From positions 1-64,000 of the forward strand of contig JBHLMN010000018.1 of NCBI GenBank assembly GCA_048938105.1: a stretch of DNA of 64,000 bases. Reading direction: 5' to 3'. Position 1 is the stretch's first letter, and every line of letters starts with the position of its first letter. The translations under genes and the position numbers were made by a program. The notes beneath the pieces are model-generated. The model ran no database searches, was not told where the DNA came from, and was given only the letters and a program-made list of their open reading frames with translations. Below are positions 30,845 through 41,310 of this stretch, piece after piece. This DNA comes from Promethearchaeota archaeon (GTDB lineage Archaea; Asgardarchaeota; Heimdallarchaeia; Hodarchaeales; Hodarchaeaceae).

Positions 30845-32479
30845 ATGAAAAGGAAAAAATGGTGGCAAAAAGCAGTATTCTACCAGATATACCCCCGTTC
30901 ATTCGCGGATAGCACAAACAATGGGGTTGGGGATCTCCAAGGCATTATTAATCGATTAGACTATTTACAGGAGCTCGGAATAGATGCAATTTGGTTTTCA
31001 CCCTTTTTTCCCTCACCACAAGAAGATTACGGATATGATGTATCGGATTATGGGGCAATTAACCCAGAATATGGCACAATAGCGGATTTTGATGAATTAT
31101 TAGATAAGGCTCATTCTCTAGGAATAAAAATAATTTTGGACATGGTATTAAATCATACTTCTGATCAGCATACTTGGTTCCTTGAATCACGAAGTAGTAA
31201 CGACAATCCAAAGCGTGATTGGTATATCTGGAAAAATGGTAGAAATAAGGAGAAAAAACCACCGAACAATTGGAAGGCTATTATTGGAGGATCAGCTTGG
31301 GAATGGGACAAAAAAACCCAACAATTCTATCTTCATCAATTCTTACCTTGCCAACCAGACCTTAATTGGCGTAACCACGAAGTTCAAGAAACCATGTTTA
31401 ATTATTTACGCTTCTGGTTAGATAAAGGCGTAGATGGCTTTCGTTTGGATCTTATCCGTGCTCTTTTTGAAGATAATAAGTTTCGTGACAATCCACTAAG
31501 CTGGCGCCTCTTACCGTCAGATAATTCTACCTCTTGCCTATTTCAAAACCCAAAGTATACAAGTTATCTCAATGAAACCATTGAGATGTGTACTCACATT
31601 CGACAGCTCATTGATTCTTATAATCCTGAAAGAATGCTTGTAGGAGAAGCAATAGGAGGCCCTCGAATATTCTATCCTCTTTATGGCAAGAATAATGATG
31701 GTTTAAACCTTGCATTCAATTTTAAATTCAGTAATCAACCATTTTCAGCTACAAAATTCAAAGAGACAATTCAAGAAACAGAAGACATCTTAAGCGAACC
31801 TTTATGGCCCTGTTATGTTTTTTCAAACCATGATAAGGCTCGTATGATCTCTCGATATGGGAATGATGAGAGAAAGGCAAAATTATTATTTCTGCTTCTC
31901 TTAACCTTACGAGGTACTCCTTTTATTTACTATGGGGAAGAAATCGGCATGCATCAAGTGAAAATCCCTAAACCCTCATTAAGAGATCCTATTGCAAACC
32001 TTAAAGTAATGGGTATTCCAATAGGTAAGTTTTTTGGGCGTGATGGGTGTCGTACTCCGATGCAATGGACAAGTTCCACTCGAAACGCAGGTTTTTCGCT
32101 AGATCCAGACATTACTCCATGGTTACCAGTAGCCACAAATTCACCTTTTATTAATGTGGAAAATCAAAAGAACGATGAACGGTCGTTGTTAACCTTTTTT
32201 AAACGATTGATACAATTTCGAAAGATAAATAGAGCTCTTACTGAAGGATCCCTCGAGCTTTTTCCCGTGCACAACAAGAACTGTCTTGGTTTTGAACGTT
32301 GTGTAGAGAAAGAAAGAATTCTTGTTTTACTCAACTTCAATAAAAGGAGATTTCAAATCAAAAATCCTCATCCTTCATCTACTAAAGTATTTTCTACATA
32401 TACTTTGGACGTCTCATTAAAAACTAACAGTCTCATTACACTTCATCCATTTGAAGGGTTATTGCTAAAACTCCATTGA
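30845..32479 (+). CDS. GH13 alpha-glucosidase / oligo-1,6-glucosidase
   Basis: WWQKAVFYQIYPRSF, DMVLNHTS, DGFRLD, GEA and SNHD motifs. ATG 30845 is preferred over 30806. Confidence 0.95.
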   Translation: MKRKKWWQKAVFYQIYPRSFADSTNNGVGDLQGIINRLDYLQELGIDAIWFSPFFPSPQEDYGYDVSDYGAINPEYGTIADFDELLDKAHSLGIKIILDMVLNHTSDQHTWFLESRSSNDNPKRDWYIWKNGRNKEKKPPNNWKAIIGGSAWEWDKKTQQFYLHQFLPCQPDLNWRNHEVQETMFNYLRFWLDKGVDGFRLDLIRALFEDNKFRDNPLSWRLLPSDNSTSCLFQNPKYTSYLNETIEMCTHIRQLIDSYNPERMLVGEAIGGPRIFYPLYGKNNDGLNLAFNFKFSNQPFSATKFKETIQETEDILSEPLWPCYVFSNHDKARMISRYGNDERKAKLLFLLLLTLRGTPFIYYGEEIGMHQVKIPKPSLRDPIANLKVMGIPIGKFFGRDGCRTPMQWTSSTRNAGFSLDPDITPWLPVATNSPFINVENQKNDERSLLTFFKRLIQFRKINRALTEGSLELFPVHNKNCLGFERCVEKERILVLLNFNKRRFQIKNPHPSSTKVFSTYTLDVSLKTNSLITLHPFEGLLLKLH

Positions 32480-32564
32480 AGATGATAATTTCAAGAAGGA
32501 AAATATCGAAGGGTACACGCCATAAATGTATTTACAAAAAGAAAGAATAGAACAGAAAAAATAA

Positions 32565-33674
32565 TTAATCTTCTATTAGGTTAAGATGTCCCCCATATTT
32601 CGCATGAATTGCACAGGTGCCTTCATTACCTACCATACATGGGCCTACGGGAGATTCAGGAGTACAAGTTTTATTAAAGAGTTTACAACTCTCTGGATAA
32701 ATTTTTCCTAGCATAACGTCCGCACACCTACATCCTTTTGGGATATCCGTACCATTAGTGATTGGAATCTCCTCCTTATCCCGAATATTATATTGAGAAA
32801 AATGATCTGCTAACTCAAAACCAGATGAGGGAATGACACCAATCCCTCGCCATCGAGCATCGACGATAGAGTAAGCTTTTTCCATTGCTACCCAAGCAGC
32901 CTTATTTCCTTCTCGAGTTACCACTCGTGAATAAAGGTTCTCCGTTTTTGAACGAGAATGAGATAACTGTTGAAGAATTGCTAGGACACCAAGCATCACA
33001 TCAGCAGGTTCAAATCCTGCCACAACAATTGGAACATGATGTTCATCGCTAATAGGTTCATAAATCCCATAACCAGTTATCGCTGAGACATGTCCAGGTG
33101 CAATGAAACCATCTAGAGAAACTTCAGGTTGTTCCAATAGGATTTTCATGGCAGGGGGGACAAGCCTGTGAGAACTTAGAATGAAAAGATTTGAAGGAAC
33201 TCTCTGATTTATAAGTTCAATTGCAACTGTTGGTGCTGTGGTTTCGAAACCAATCGCAAAGAAAACAATTCTTTTTTGAGGATTATTGGTGGCCAGTTTA
33301 ATGGCGTCAAGAAAACTATATACTATTCGTACATCAGCTCCTTCTGCTCGAGCCATCAGAAGTGATCCCTGATTGCTAGGAACACGAGACATATCTCCGA
33401 AAGTGGTTAAAGTATATTCATTCTTAGCGAGCCAGATACTTTGTTCGATATCCTCATTTGGGCATACACAAACAGGACAGCCTGGGCCTGCAATTACCTC
33501 AACATTTGATGGTAGAAGCGATCTAATACCCCAATGAGAGATTGTATACTCATGGGTTCCACAAACATGACAAATGCGAATCTTTCGAGCACTAAGCTTA
33601 GTTGCTAATTTGTGTATCTTGGCTTTGAGCTCATTGATAATAAGTGGGTCTTGAAACGATTTACTCAACAACAT
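32565..33674 (-). CDS. hypD: Hydrogenase maturation factor HypD
   Basis: VCGTHE, GPGCPVC, GFETT, PGHVS and C-terminal CRC...GPCMVGNEGTC motifs. Confidence 0.97.
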   Translation of the reverse strand: MLLSKSFQDPLIINELKAKIHKLATKLSARKIRICHVCGTHEYTISHWGIRSLLPSNVEVIAGPGCPVCVCPNEDIEQSIWLAKNEYTLTTFGDMSRVPSNQGSLLMARAEGADVRIVYSFLDAIKLATNNPQKRIVFFAIGFETTAPTVAIELINQRVPSNLFILSSHRLVPPAMKILLEQPEVSLDGFIAPGHVSAITGYGIYEPISDEHHVPIVVAGFEPADVMLGVLAILQQLSHSRSKTENLYSRVVTREGNKAAWVAMEKAYSIVDARWRGIGVIPSSGFELADHFSQYNIRDKEEIPITNGTDIPKGCRCADVMLGKIYPESCKLFNKTCTPESPVGPCMVGNEGTCAIHAKYGGHLNLIED

Positions 33675-33800
33675 TACTCCATAATGAAATAAAAGATCGC
33701 TACAAAATCCAACTCTATGGAAAATTTTTAATTATTTTCATACTGAAAAAGAGTTTGGCGATTTATTACTGAGTAGATATTTGATAACTTTCTTTGATAA

Positions 33801-35168
33801 TTAGATTTCCTTCAAATATTCTTGAAATTCTGTTTTTAGCTCTAATTCAGAGAATATCTTGATTTGACAGTCTTTTTCCGCTTCCTTTTCGGAAATACTT
33901 CCAATGAGGATAATTTCACTGTAATCCTCGTTATTAATAACTTCTTTAAGATTATTCCAATAAGATTGATGAAAACCTTTCTCTATACCCTCTATTGGGG
34001 GGATAGTGACTAACACTCTTTTATCTGGCGCGGTTAACGAAATGAAGGCACCATTATTTCTTTGCAGGATACCCACACTAAATTGGTTCATTTTATCAAC
34101 AATTATCTTGATTTGCTTACTAAAACGTGTAAGATGCTTTTGATTTCTTTCTAGATCTTTCAATAGGGGCGTCTTGCGCTCCTCAATACATCCTGCAAGC
34201 CATTTGATCGCTTCTCTCGGATTGCCATGAGAATATGCATAAGCTGACTCGATATCTGCTGTACAAAGAGGCCATAACGAATTTTCATCTTGCGAGAGGA
34301 TTTCAAACTTGGAATGGAAATCTTGTAACATTTGAAGACAATAAGCATTGATATCCTTTTTTGAAAATCGCTTCAAGACAACTGGAGGTTCGATACGACT
34401 CTGAACAGCTGTACTGGAAAGATCAAGAATCGTATCCCACAGAGTAGTAAGGCAGGCTAAGCACAGAATGAAATTGGAGGCCTCATTGTGTATCTTCTTT
34501 AGAGTTTCGAGAAACTGTAGCTCTGCCTCTGGTCCTAAAGCAATAAAGAGTGATTCGAGTTCATCAATGAAAAAGATAATTGGCTTATCAATAACCTTCA
34601 AAATTACTTTCAGTGCTGCAAATGCCAGTTCTTCATCATCCATGATCGTACGCTTGAAGTGAGCTGTATCATCGTCAATATCAAAGCCAGTTAACCACTT
34701 AAGAGCTAATTTTGACTGTTTGGGGTCTTTCAGAGCAAAGAATCCATTAATCACAATATTACCCATCCCTGGAAAGTCTACTGCTGCATGTTCGACTTTA
34801 GGGTATTTTTGGGTTAAAGCATCTGCCACATACTCTAATAAAGGTGCGCCTCCAGCTTTAATCGTTTCAAAGTAGAAATGTGAATATACACGATTAGGGT
34901 TGGTTGGAACAGGAATATAAACAACATATGCTTCAGTAATTGTTTCACGCAATACCCAATAAAAGTGAGTCTTTCCATAACCTGCTTCCGCGATTATGGG
35001 TAAGATGACAGATTTACGTTTCTTTTTTCTTATTATTTCTAAGAACCGGATTACATGTTTCAATGCTTCATTGTTTGGACGGTTTAGATTAAAAGGTTCT
35101 GGAACATCAGAACGTGCTGTGAAGTTATGGAATGGGTTTTCTATGACTAAGGATGCCACATGGGTCAT
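33801..35168 (-). CDS. AAA+/STAND-like P-loop ATPase (BrxD/RcaG-like)
   Basis: Walker A AEAGYGKTH, Walker B FFIDELE, arginine finger QSRI and GNPRE sensor. Confidence 0.8.
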   Translation of the reverse strand: MTHVASLVIENPFHNFTARSDVPEPFNLNRPNNEALKHVIRFLEIIRKKKRKSVILPIIAEAGYGKTHFYWVLRETITEAYVVYIPVPTNPNRVYSHFYFETIKAGGAPLLEYVADALTQKYPKVEHAAVDFPGMGNIVINGFFALKDPKQSKLALKWLTGFDIDDDTAHFKRTIMDDEELAFAALKVILKVIDKPIIFFIDELESLFIALGPEAELQFLETLKKIHNEASNFILCLACLTTLWDTILDLSSTAVQSRIEPPVVLKRFSKKDINAYCLQMLQDFHSKFEILSQDENSLWPLCTADIESAYAYSHGNPREAIKWLAGCIEERKTPLLKDLERNQKHLTRFSKQIKIIVDKMNQFSVGILQRNNGAFISLTAPDKRVLVTIPPIEGIEKGFHQSYWNNLKEVINNEDYSEIILIGSISEKEAEKDCQIKIFSELELKTEFQEYLKEI

Positions 35169-35174
35169 TATAAT

Positions 35175-35654
35175 TTACGCCTCAAACATCATGAAATAAA
35201 ATACACCTGTACCAGAATCCGACTCAATCCCACCATGAATTGCATGTGTTTTTGACAGGGCTGTTTGTAATGTGAGAATCCCTTGATCGTGCAGATTTAA
35301 CACTTTCTGGTTAAATAAGTTATCTGGAATCCTCTTTTCACTTAACTTCCGTCGAATATCGGGTATTCTCACGAGGGGTTTCATTGGGTTTGCAAGATCC
35401 TTGTAAGCCTTTTTTAAGCATGTTAAAAACTCCTGATCATCAATCGTGGTATTAGGATTCAGTTCACGAGTAAGATAACTTTTACCATCTGGAGTAATCT
35501 GAAAGATATTTTTTGTCCCACGTTTGATACGTACGTACCCCTTATCAACCAGTTCCTGAAGTATTGCTTTTTCTGCTTCTGTTCGTGCATAATAACCTGT
35601 ATTACCCAAGAATTGCAAGATTTGGAGGTATGAGCTCTCCATAAATATCATCAT
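35175..35654 (-). CDS. Double winged-helix protein (resembles cyanobacterial RcaD)
   Basis: ILQELVDKGYV...FQITPDGKSYL and VRIPDIRRKL...LHDQGILTL...GGIES...FYF; 6 nt upstream of the ATPase. Confidence 0.65.
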   Translation of the reverse strand: MMIFMESSYLQILQFLGNTGYYARTEAEKAILQELVDKGYVRIKRGTKNIFQITPDGKSYLTRELNPNTTIDDQEFLTCLKKAYKDLANPMKPLVRIPDIRRKLSEKRIPDNLFNQKVLNLHDQGILTLQTALSKTHAIHGGIESDSGTGVFYFMMFEA

Positions 35655-35673
35655 CTCTATAATATATTCTCAA

Positions 35674-35713
35674 TTGAGCCTATAAGCTTCAAAGAATTTT
35701 AGTCTAGGCTCAA
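35674..35713. promoter_or_regulatory. Perfect 9-bp inverted repeat upstream of the wHTH-ATPase operon
   Basis: TTGAGCCTA-N22-TAGGCTCAA. Confidence 0.45.
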
Positions 35714-35909
35714 AAACGATGAGATTAGCCTTATGATCTTAGGATAATGAAGATGGAAATGAAGAAATAACTTGCTATCATGAGGATATTATCTTAAAAT
35801 CAGAAATATTATGCTTAGTTAATTTAGTGTTGAAGAAGTTTAGCACCTGATTTTTCCTTCTTCATTCTAATCATAATTAATAAATCCATTTAATCAAGAA
35901 AAGAGTGAT

Positions 35910-37043
35910 TTGACAATGATTCTTGATAATCTGACTAAAATTTCCGAATTGGATTCCCAAAATATGTTTCAAATGGTTTATAACTGGGCTGAGCTAATTG
36001 AGGAGTTACTCCAACATTCTTTTGAAGTTCCAGATCAAGTTACTGTTAATCAACGTACGATCTCTTACGTTGACCCTATTTCTCAAGTAGTTGTCTGTGG
36101 AATGGGAGGATCGGCAGTTAGTGGTGATTATTTACGAATTTACCTAGAAAAAACATCTCCTTTTCCAATAATAATACAAAGAAATTATACGATTCCAAAT
36201 TTCATAACAAAAAATACGTTAATAATTCTGATTTCGTATTCTGGAAACACAGAAGAAACCATATCATGTTTGATAGCTGCAATAAAGAAATCAGCCAAGG
36301 TAGTTGGAGTAGGGTCAGGAGGTAATTTGGGGGATTTTTTAAGAAATCATAACATACCCTTCTTTCCAATTCCCTCTGGGTTTCAGCCAAGAGCAGCTTT
36401 TCCACTTTTATTTTTCCCCTTGCTTAAAATTTTATCTACATTTAATTTAATTCCCATAGATCAAGCGGCAATTGATGAAACAATTTCATTCTTTCGCCAA
36501 ATGAGACAGGAATTCCATTTTGACAAACCTGTCAAAATAAATCAAGCAAAACAGATAGCACTCAAGTTACATGAACGTATTCCTGTTATATGGTCTCCTT
36601 TCGGTTGCATTGCTAATCGAATGAAGTGTCAACTTAATGAAAACTCAAAAATTTTAGCCATGGCTGAAGAATTACCAGAATTCAACCATAATCACATAGT
36701 TGGTTGGGAATTTTGGGGTAAAGACAATCCTTTTATTGTCATTGCTTTTCGTTTTCAAAGTGAACATCCTAATGTCAAGTTACGTTTTAAGATAACTAAG
36801 GAAATAGTTGGAATAAAAGCCGAAATTATTGAGATTGAAGCAAGAGGTACAAGTTTATTAAGTCAATTATTCTCCGCCACTTATTTTGGGGATTATATTT
36901 CAATGTATTTAGCCATTCTAAACAATCAGGACCCAAATACCGTAGATAACATTGATTATTTAAAAGAACAATTAGAACGACGCGAACAGACCCAAACCAA
37001 GTTAATTGCTACCTTACACGCGATTAATGAAAAAACGACCTAA
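35910..37043 (+). CDS. Bifunctional phosphoglucose/phosphomannose isomerase
   Basis: GMGGS, SYSGNTEET, QPRAAF, QLNENSK and EFNHN motifs. Confidence 0.93.
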   Translation: MTMILDNLTKISELDSQNMFQMVYNWAELIEELLQHSFEVPDQVTVNQRTISYVDPISQVVVCGMGGSAVSGDYLRIYLEKTSPFPIIIQRNYTIPNFITKNTLIILISYSGNTEETISCLIAAIKKSAKVVGVGSGGNLGDFLRNHNIPFFPIPSGFQPRAAFPLLFFPLLKILSTFNLIPIDQAAIDETISFFRQMRQEFHFDKPVKINQAKQIALKLHERIPVIWSPFGCIANRMKCQLNENSKILAMAEELPEFNHNHIVGWEFWGKDNPFIVIAFRFQSEHPNVKLRFKITKEIVGIKAEIIEIEARGTSLLSQLFSATYFGDYISMYLAILNNQDPNTVDNIDYLKEQLERREQTQTKLIATLHAINEKTT

Positions 37044-37152
37044 ATTTGCCTAATTTTGTGTAAGTGAAAATCAAACAGAAAATAGATTAGGATCTACTTA
37101 AAATGCCAGTTATCGTGTTTTTTCCCCTGAAAGCGATGAAACCAAACACTAG

Positions 37153-38520
37153 GTGAAATTGATGGCTAATTATGACGTCATTGTGGTTGGGGCTGGTACT
37201 GGTGGCTCAGTAACTGCGGCTGCTCTTGCCAATAAAGGAGTAAAAGTGGCTCTTTTTGATAGGCAACCTAAAGAAATGATAGGAGTAAAAATATGTGGGG
37301 ACGCTACGAGTGGGGAACATTTCAAACGGATTCAAAAGATTACCAAGATTGAACCACCGAGGGGTGATGAAATCAGGCAAAAAATCAAAGGAGCATGGCT
37401 TTTCTCCCCAGATAGGGAAGTTAAATTTGAATTAATCGAGGAAGGAGGGACGGGTATCATCATTGACCGCTTTAAACTTGGGATGAGGATTTTAAATGAT
37501 GCAATTGATCTTGGAGCTGAACTTTACGATTCAACATATGTTAAAGAACCAATCATCCACCAAGATCAAGTGACAGGTATTAAATATCGGGGAAAAAACA
37601 AGAATATTCAGGAAATGTCTGCAAATGTTGTAGTTGATGCATCAGGCATTGGGGCAGTACTTCGCCGAAAACTAGATCCTGAAAAGACTTTCATGAACCT
37701 TGAACTAGCCCCCAAGGACGTATGTAATTGTTATCGAGAAGTACGTGATGTAGAAAATGAGATTGAATCGCCTGAGTTCATTCGTATCTGTTTTGATCAA
37801 GAGTTGTGCCCTGGTGGGTATTTATGGGAGTTTCCAAGGGGAACATCATCAATGAATGCAGGATTAGGCGTGATGCGCAAATTTAAAGTGAATGCTCATG
37901 TTCAATTCAACAAATATTTAGAAAGAGAAAAGAAGTTTTACACTAATTCAAAATTAATTCATGCTGGTGCTTGGAGAGTACCATTACGTCGGCCTCAGGA
38001 TAATCTCGTTTGGAACAATTTTCTTCTTGTTGGCGACGCAGGAACCCAAGTAAAACCTACAGATGGTGGCGGAATAGGTATTTCTGTTAACGCTGCAGCA
38101 ATGGCTGGTAAAACAATCGCCAAGGCTTTAGAAAATGATAATGTCTCTTTAACTGGCCTTTGGGATTATAATGTCGATTTTATGACTTCTATAGCTCCTG
38201 TGAACGCTCCTTTAGCAATCATGAAAGATTTTATTATGCCCTTACCAAGTTCAATCATTAACACGGTTTTTCACAATAAAATCGTCGAAGGAGGGGACTT
38301 ATTATATGGTAATGCTACTGGAGAAATCTCAGGTGGATTTTTCAAAACCCTCCAACGAGCTTATCGTGGGAAAAGAATTCTACGAACACTTTTAAAATTT
38401 AGATCTGTCATAAAAAAAATGGATAAAGCAAGAGAACTATATGAAAATTATCCAAAAACACCTGAAACGTTCTTGAATTGGCGTGAGAAGATTTTAAAAC
38501 TATATGGTGAGGCGAATTAA
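37153..38520 (+). CDS. Geranylgeranyl reductase family protein (DGGR-like)
   Basis: VGAGTGG, KICGD, PGGYLWEFP and VGDAGTQVKPTDGGGI motifs. Confidence 0.9.
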   Translation: MKLMANYDVIVVGAGTGGSVTAAALANKGVKVALFDRQPKEMIGVKICGDATSGEHFKRIQKITKIEPPRGDEIRQKIKGAWLFSPDREVKFELIEEGGTGIIIDRFKLGMRILNDAIDLGAELYDSTYVKEPIIHQDQVTGIKYRGKNKNIQEMSANVVVDASGIGAVLRRKLDPEKTFMNLELAPKDVCNCYREVRDVENEIESPEFIRICFDQELCPGGYLWEFPRGTSSMNAGLGVMRKFKVNAHVQFNKYLEREKKFYTNSKLIHAGAWRVPLRRPQDNLVWNNFLLVGDAGTQVKPTDGGGIGISVNAAAMAGKTIAKALENDNVSLTGLWDYNVDFMTSIAPVNAPLAIMKDFIMPLPSSIINTVFHNKIVEGGDLLYGNATGEISGGFFKTLQRAYRGKRILRTLLKFRSVIKKMDKARELYENYPKTPETFLNWREKILKLYGEAN

Positions 38521-38538
38521 AAAAAAGGCTAAGTTTTT

Positions 38539-40335
38539 TCACATAAAAAGATCATCTACAACTTTAAGGGCGGGAGGGCAAACACGCATATTACCTATCG
38601 CGGTTGAATAAAAATAACCTGAGAAGTTCCCAAGAATTTTTGTCGCACTTTTGTAGATTAGTGCGTTTTCTAGTGCAGTTGATGAGATAAGTAATTTAAA
38701 AAGATCATTTCCTTTTCCGTCTAAAGATTGAAGGTGAAAACCCATCTTAACTTGGGTATCATTCATAAGAAAGATAAAATAGTTATTTCCAAAGAAAGAT
38801 TCAGGAGGCTTCTCAATAAACCAATCTTTAGGAATATCAAGTAAATATAAGTATTTAGGATTCCTTGGTCTTTCTTCATCGATAAACACTACAGGATTAT
38901 CTTTGATATAAAATTCTTTGAATATAGAAATTCCAATTGCAAGGAGATTGGAAATTATAGCCTCAGAATAAGGCACAAGGAGCGACCTAACAGCATTTAA
39001 ACCTTCATTATAACGCTTTTCTTGAAGAAACTTAATTTCTTTGACTTTTTGACGTTTTGCGGGTGTTTCCAGTAACTTCACTAGTCTAGAGGGAACCCGT
39101 TCATAAAAATAATGAGCAATAATATTTTCGAAAGCAAAGTGAATCCCTCCAACCTGTTCAAAAATCGCAACAGCTTTCTGAAGGGATTTTGTTTTTTTCT
39201 GCGATTGTAACGCGTTTTTGAACGTCAATTGTGAATTAAGACTGTCTATTACATCCTTGGATGACTCAAATTGCCATTTTGACCCTTTTCTATAATATTT
39301 GAACCATGGGGGTTCTTTAGAGAGTGAATTAATCACCTTTTTTACAAAATCTTGGAATTCCTTAGAAATCTCTTTTATTAATTTATCATATTCTTTTGAA
39401 AAACCTTCTTTTATTGAGTCAAATTCCTTGTGTGAAACCTTCTTTCCAGCTTTCAGGCGTGTCTGAACTTTTTCTAAATCATGGATAAGTTTTATTTTGA
39501 TTTTTTCAGATACTGAATGTTCAAACTCAATTTCTAACTTAAATTCAGCATCATCATTTTCAGCTTGAATTTTACATGAATTAATCAACGAATGAACTGG
39601 GTTTTTGAAGTCTTTCTCTAGTTTTTCAATACATTTCGCATGGATTCTCTCTAAGTATTCTTGGGGGTGTTCCTCAACATATTGACAGATGTCATCTATT
39701 CCTAATTCTTCTAGTGTGGGTAAAGAACCAACCATTGAGAATTTTTTCCAATTATAGCTTAAGAGTTCTTTAATAAGTATAAGAAGGGTATTCATTTTAC
39801 GAATACGATTTGCAAGGAATCTACAATTAGTATCTAAATCACGAAAGAACTTTCCTGAATGATATTCTTCCTCTATCAAAAGATATCCGAATAAAGAAGC
39901 TGTTGTACTAATTAATGCTCTTTCTAACATGTCTCGAGCAAGTGATGCAGATTCAGGATTTCCAGATAAATCGTAGGCTGCACGATCTATCTCTAACGTT
40001 GGTAGGGGAATATCTTCATCTAGTAATGTAGCTAATTCTTTTTTAAGCTGAGTACCATCCATCTTCTGTAATTCTTGTGGAGTTTTTTCAATAAGAAAAT
40101 TCGTAAAAGCCAAAAAAAATGGTTGTCTTCTAAAATCATATTCTGCTGCTGCGACTGTTAATAGTGCAAATAATTCGGTTGATGATATAATTTCATTGAG
40201 AGGTTGATTGGGAAAAGCCAGATCCAGCAATTGTTTCGTAATCACTAAGCCCTGTTCTCCAAAGGGATCATCTTCATACCCTTTGATAAATTCTTGAAGG
40301 AGTTTACCCGCAATAATACTTTCTATGGTGGCCAA
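38539..40335 (-). CDS. Hypothetical helical protein
   Basis: 598-aa ORF overlapping the upstream longin-like gene by 13 nt. Confidence 0.75.
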   Translation of the reverse strand: MATIESIIAGKLLQEFIKGYEDDPFGEQGLVITKQLLDLAFPNQPLNEIISSTELFALLTVAAAEYDFRRQPFFLAFTNFLIEKTPQELQKMDGTQLKKELATLLDEDIPLPTLEIDRAAYDLSGNPESASLARDMLERALISTTASLFGYLLIEEEYHSGKFFRDLDTNCRFLANRIRKMNTLLILIKELLSYNWKKFSMVGSLPTLEELGIDDICQYVEEHPQEYLERIHAKCIEKLEKDFKNPVHSLINSCKIQAENDDAEFKLEIEFEHSVSEKIKIKLIHDLEKVQTRLKAGKKVSHKEFDSIKEGFSKEYDKLIKEISKEFQDFVKKVINSLSKEPPWFKYYRKGSKWQFESSKDVIDSLNSQLTFKNALQSQKKTKSLQKAVAIFEQVGGIHFAFENIIAHYFYERVPSRLVKLLETPAKRQKVKEIKFLQEKRYNEGLNAVRSLLVPYSEAIISNLLAIGISIFKEFYIKDNPVVFIDEERPRNPKYLYLLDIPKDWFIEKPPESFFGNNYFIFLMNDTQVKMGFHLQSLDGKGNDLFKLLISSTALENALIYKSATKILGNFSGYFYSTAIGNMRVCPPALKVVDDLFM

Positions 40336-41084
40336 TCAAATACAACTCCTTGTAATACCTCTTTAAGAAGAGCTGCTGGACCATGATGTTTTATTTCTTC
40401 CGCCATTAGCTTCTTAATCCTTATTCTCAGGTTTGGGATAATCTGATCAATGTTTTGAGCTGTAATGAGAGGAGAAACACTATTTTCTAAAGCTGATCCT
40501 AGGGTAATCCACACAGCTGAATCAATGGCATTTTCTATCCTTTCGGGAAATGTTAAATCAGAGAGGTTTAAACCAATTTTTTCGAAAATAGTTCTATCAA
40601 TCTTGAGAAGCTGTTCTTCTAAGGTATCAGTTTCACGAAAAGGTGATTCTCTCAACTGTTTTCGCCAATTGAAAATAGCTTGATAACCTAATTTCACTTG
40701 AAACTTATCTGGAAGACTACCTACCATTAAAATTTCTTCAAATGCTGGGTTGAATACATAGTCTGATAAATATTGAGCTCCTAATCCCCCAACAAGCACT
40801 TTCATTTGCTGGCTGATCTGTTGGGGAAAACCTGTTGTACCCCAAACAAAAAATCCAACCATTGCATCTTGACCAGCAGTTTGGATGTATATCCGACCTT
40901 CTTTGGCCTGAATATCATTTAATTGTCCCATACCTGTTTCAGATTGAGTGAGAGAATTGATTGCGGAGAGTATCCCGCCAAATAGTAGGCTCTGTTCACT
41001 AGAGAAACCGACCGAGACGGTTGGAATTCCATGGTTAACAATAAAGAACGCTATTTGGGGACAAGAAGGCTTTTTCTTTGCCAT
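40323..41084 (-). CDS. Longin/roadblock-like domain protein
   Basis: FFIVNHGIP...SLLFGGILSAINSLTQSETG.GQLNDI pattern. Confidence 0.65.
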   Translation of the reverse strand: MAKKKPSCPQIAFFIVNHGIPTVSVGFSSEQSLLFGGILSAINSLTQSETGMGQLNDIQAKEGRIYIQTAGQDAMVGFFVWGTTGFPQQISQQMKVLVGGLGAQYLSDYVFNPAFEEILMVGSLPDKFQVKLGYQAIFNWRKQLRESPFRETDTLEEQLLKIDRTIFEKIGLNLSDLTFPERIENAIDSAVWITLGSALENSVSPLITAQNIDQIIPNLRIRIKKLMAEEIKHHGPAALLKEVLQGVVFDWPP

Positions 41085-41310
41085 AATTCTGTAACATCCT
41101 TAATAGGTTAGGTAGGTAGATCGTTATTAGTTGGCCATCCTAGATCTGGACGCTTAGGCATAGGTCATGAGGCTAATCATCTGAATAATTGAAACTCAAT
41201 ATATTGGGATAGTTTCATTACTCGTTTAAAATATATAATGAAATTTAGAAAGCATTCTAATATAAATCTATAGATATCTTTATGGATTCAAGCGATCTGG
41301 ATGACAAAAA

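Noticed and set aside
32565-33674. Hydrogenase gene cluster
   Set aside because: hypD stands alone; dispersed hyp genes are ordinary in archaea.
41110-41190. GC-richer intergenic patch as an ncRNA or uORF
   Set aside because: Only a 17-codon minus-strand ORF and no convincing stem or box motifs.
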